From NCBI RefSeq assembly GCF_009914755.1, contig NC_060925.1: a stretch of DNA of 64,000 nucleotides; one strand, written 5' to 3'. The stretch is from the human T2T-CHM13v2.0 reference genome, Homo sapiens. Below, piece after piece: positions 59,156 to 64,000 of the stretch (position 1 is its first letter; each line of letters opens with the position of its first letter). The notes below the pieces were generated by a model, which searched no databases, was not told the origin of the DNA, and saw only the letters and a program-made list of their open reading frames with translations. The position numbers and the translations under genes are program-made.

Positions 59156-60183
59156 TATCTCAATACCGTTTGCTTTTATCTTCTTTTTAAGTTATCTAAT
59201 ATCAAATTTAGATCCTATCCTCCAATATCCTGTTTCTCTAGTGAAGCAAAACAATCATAAAGCTGTTTTATGGTCAAGGTTTAAATTCATTGTGATTCAG
59301 TGGGTTTGACCATCAAAAGGGTATATGATTTTTGTGTGTGTGGTTTGAAAAACTTCCTTGTGGTTAAAATGTAAATGTCTGCAGCTTCCATGTCCATTTA
59401 TCCAGAACCAAAATAACCAGGAAAACAATTTTTTCTCCCTCAGTTTTGTTCAACAATAACTGAGGGTCATAATGACTCAAAGCCCATCCTCCAAGCCCTG
59501 CAAATCCCGAAATGCCTTTTTCACTCATTACAAAGGTAATGTGACTTTATTTTAGAATATTTCAGAAAAGCACATGATGAAAATAAAATCACTTACAATT
59601 CTGTACTCCTGACATTTTGTTAAAACTTTAGTGTACTGAAATACCTTTTAGTCTTTGGAAACCTAATTTAGTGTTATATATCTACCTTATCCTGACTTGT
59701 TTTTAAAAAATGGCCTTCTAGATACATAAGAATTCAGAGTTGGCCGTAATAGTCAATTAAATAGAAATAATCACTTCCCAGCCTTCTTTGGACAGTCGGG
59801 TGTTTGTACTCAATTCTGGAGTATGGGCTGTTTTTTCCTGGGTCCAAAGCAACTGTCCCTACAATCATAGCACACCTCCAAAAACAGGAAGAACTTTTCC
59901 TAAAGCAAAGGGAATTGCATGACATTTATTTTGGATTTTTTAAAAATACTGGCCTTTATTAATGTAAGCACAAAAATGAAAGTGCTAAAGATACTTTTAC
60001 AGAGAAGAAAACATTCTTTTTATATTAGCTTTAAAAATTGCTGACTTACTTAAGATATAAGCTACATTTGATTATCCCCTAAGGTGATTGACTTATCAGG
60101 CTACAAACCAATAGTTAAAAGAAAATTAAGACTCAATTAGATATTTTCTGAAAAGGTTATGATAACATTTATTTCCATTTTAG

Positions 60184-60270
60184 ATTGTCATGTGGGATAT
60201 CACCGCACATGCAGATCGCATAGAAAACATTAAGGCAGGTGGTAGTAGAAGTAAAAGAGCCACACTGAAG
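60184..60270 (+). CDS. DNAI3: DNAI3 exon 12 (IVMWDITAHADRIENIK...ATLK)
   Basis: ccatttttag| ... AAG|GTAAGC; 87 nt; WD dipeptide in IVMWD. Confidence 0.95.
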
Positions 60271-61144
60271 GTAAGCTTTTTACAACATTTCACTTGCAAG
60301 TTTTTTCCATTGAAGAGTTTATGGAAAAGTACATAATATAGTTGCCAAGGCTAATAAAAACTCAAGAGAAAAAAGGAAAAAAAAAAAGAATGTTATTTCC
60401 CAAGCCTTCACCTGTGCTTGTGAACATGTTCTGAATCACTTTTATGTGGGCCCTTGATTAAAACACAATGAATCAAGTTGCACCATCTACCCAAGGATAT
60501 GAAGTTCTGTCTGGTTGTTATTGTTAAATGAAATGAAGGGACCAAGTGACTTGCCTAAAGTGAGGTGATTGAAAGAGCACTGGACAGAAGAGCGGATACC
60601 CAGGCTGTGGACCGTAGTCCTGTGAGTTTGGACATGCCACCTCACCTCAGCACGATAGCTTTTCTCATGTATAAAATGAAGGGGTTACATCATATTTGAT
60701 GATAATATACCATGATTTTGTGGGGCTATGGATTCTGTTAAGAGGGTTGAGAAGATTACTCCATACCTACCCACCATATTATGCATCTACTCCAGCCCAG
60801 TTCTTCAGCCTTAACATCAACAAGTCTCTTACCAAAGAATGGTGAGATGCAGCCTTCTATAGGCACAAAGAAATACTCCTTCTAAAATGAGATGTCTCAT
60901 TGATTCTTTATGGAGTAGGTCAATAATACTTGTTAAGTTTAGAGAAATAGTCTTAGACCAAACTGAAGGGAAAAGTAGATAATCCTATTACCTAAATATA
61001 TGATATAGAGAAACACTAATTTATGTTTTTCCTTGAACTGGTATATCTCTAAATTGTTCATTTTAATTGAGATGATGAGTAAAGTATGAGTTCATTCATC
61101 AGCCCTCTGAAATTAGCACTTAACTTTCTTTTAATATTTTTCAG

Positions 61145-61273
61145 CCTATGTTTCTCCTTGAACCGGAGAGTAATAAAGAAGCAATGTATATCAGACACTG
61201 TGCAGTCTCTTCAATAGAAAATGGACATAAGAAAGTAATTACAGATATACACTGGTTGTCTGACACATTTGAG
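61145..61273 (+). CDS. DNAI3: DNAI3 exon 13 (PMFLLEPESN...GHKKVITDIHWLSDTFE); the gene continues beyond the window
   Basis: atttttcag| ... GAG|GTGAGA; 129 nt; GH motif opening the next WD repeat; cumulative CDS 1479 nt with no stop. Confidence 0.95.
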
Positions 61274-61922
61274 GTGAGACTTGATGGCCTTATACTTTTC
61301 TCCTGCTGAATTACACATTTTCAGATTTTATGCAAAGAAGATGTTTCAAGTCAACAATTCATTTACACTTAAATTGTGAAATAACCAGGAACTAAGCATC
61401 AAAAAATGGGGTTACTGTTGCCAGACCAGTATCTGAGTTGGAGTAAGAATAAGGCCAATCTTTCAACTCAGTTGGTTTCTAACTAAAAAATGTGGGTGGT
61501 GTCAACACTGGTATAATACAATAGTGGAGAAGATGAGGGCTTGATGTGTAAAAATGAACTGCAAATATTTTACACCCTTAGCATGTATGAATTTAAGATT
61601 TATGATCTCAGATATCTGGGGGAAGGGAACCCTAAAGATCTGTGGCATACCATGTAATTTTGCTGGGCACAATCTGGAATTGAGTGTGCTGAGAGGCTGG
61701 TGGGTGAAAACTAGTTGTGCAGTCTGTGAGCCCAGCTGACTGCCCAGCTTCTGCACTGGTGTTTGTCTTTATGGTTGTACACTTACTTGACTATAACCTC
61801 ACAAAGCATGGGATCTATAAATTTGGAAACTGGCAAGTTCCCCACATGTTTTCCTCAAGGGCATTAAAGATCTACTATGTACTTTGAATAATTAACAGGT
61901 GAAATATCAAGAATATTCTGAG

Positions 61923-63781
<1,859 letters not shown>

Positions 63782-64000
63782 AAGAATATTCTGAGAAATT
63801 AGAGTTGTAAGAGGTGATTATCATTATACCAGTTTTAAGAGGTATTCAAATGGATGATGCAAAGCAATGATACTTTTAAAAGTCATAATGAACCAAAATA
63901 AATAGCCCACGTATAGTTTCTGTGATATGTTAAAAGTTTACATATAATAATGGGAGTTGTAATACAAGTAAAGGAACTTCATATCACTTCCATTTCAACA

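Overview
Primate genomic DNA, recognised as human 1p22.3, with two divergently transcribed spliced genes. Minus strand: the 5' part of MCOLN3 (mucolipin-3/TRPML3), comprising a CpG-island promoter, non-coding exon 1 and coding exons 2-3 (codons 1-132); the gene continues off the left edge. Plus strand: the 5' part of DNAI3 (WDR63, axonemal dynein intermediate chain), comprising non-coding exon 1 and coding exons 2-13; I checked by hand that these splice into one open frame of 1479 nt (493 codons), and the gene continues off the right edge. The rest is intron or intergenic sequence rich in Alu, L1, L2, MIR, LTR and DNA-transposon copies, and most ORFs in the supplied track are repeat-derived or GC-rich artefacts. 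I see no evidence of a new multi-gene system. The best candidate novelties are: (1) an alternative MCOLN3 5' exon with a strong-Kozak ATG that would splice in frame to give a TRPML3 extended by 24 aa; (2) a consensus plus-strand splice donor in the MCOLN3 CpG island that could feed acceptors at DNAI3; (3) an Alu flanked by an apparent ~158-bp target-site duplication; (4) an L1PA with a 17-bp TSD and a short 3' transduction tag; (5) a compact CRE/RFX/NF-Y module at the DNAI3 promoter. Repeat subfamily names are by eye, and repeat boundaries are approximate unless a TSD is quoted.
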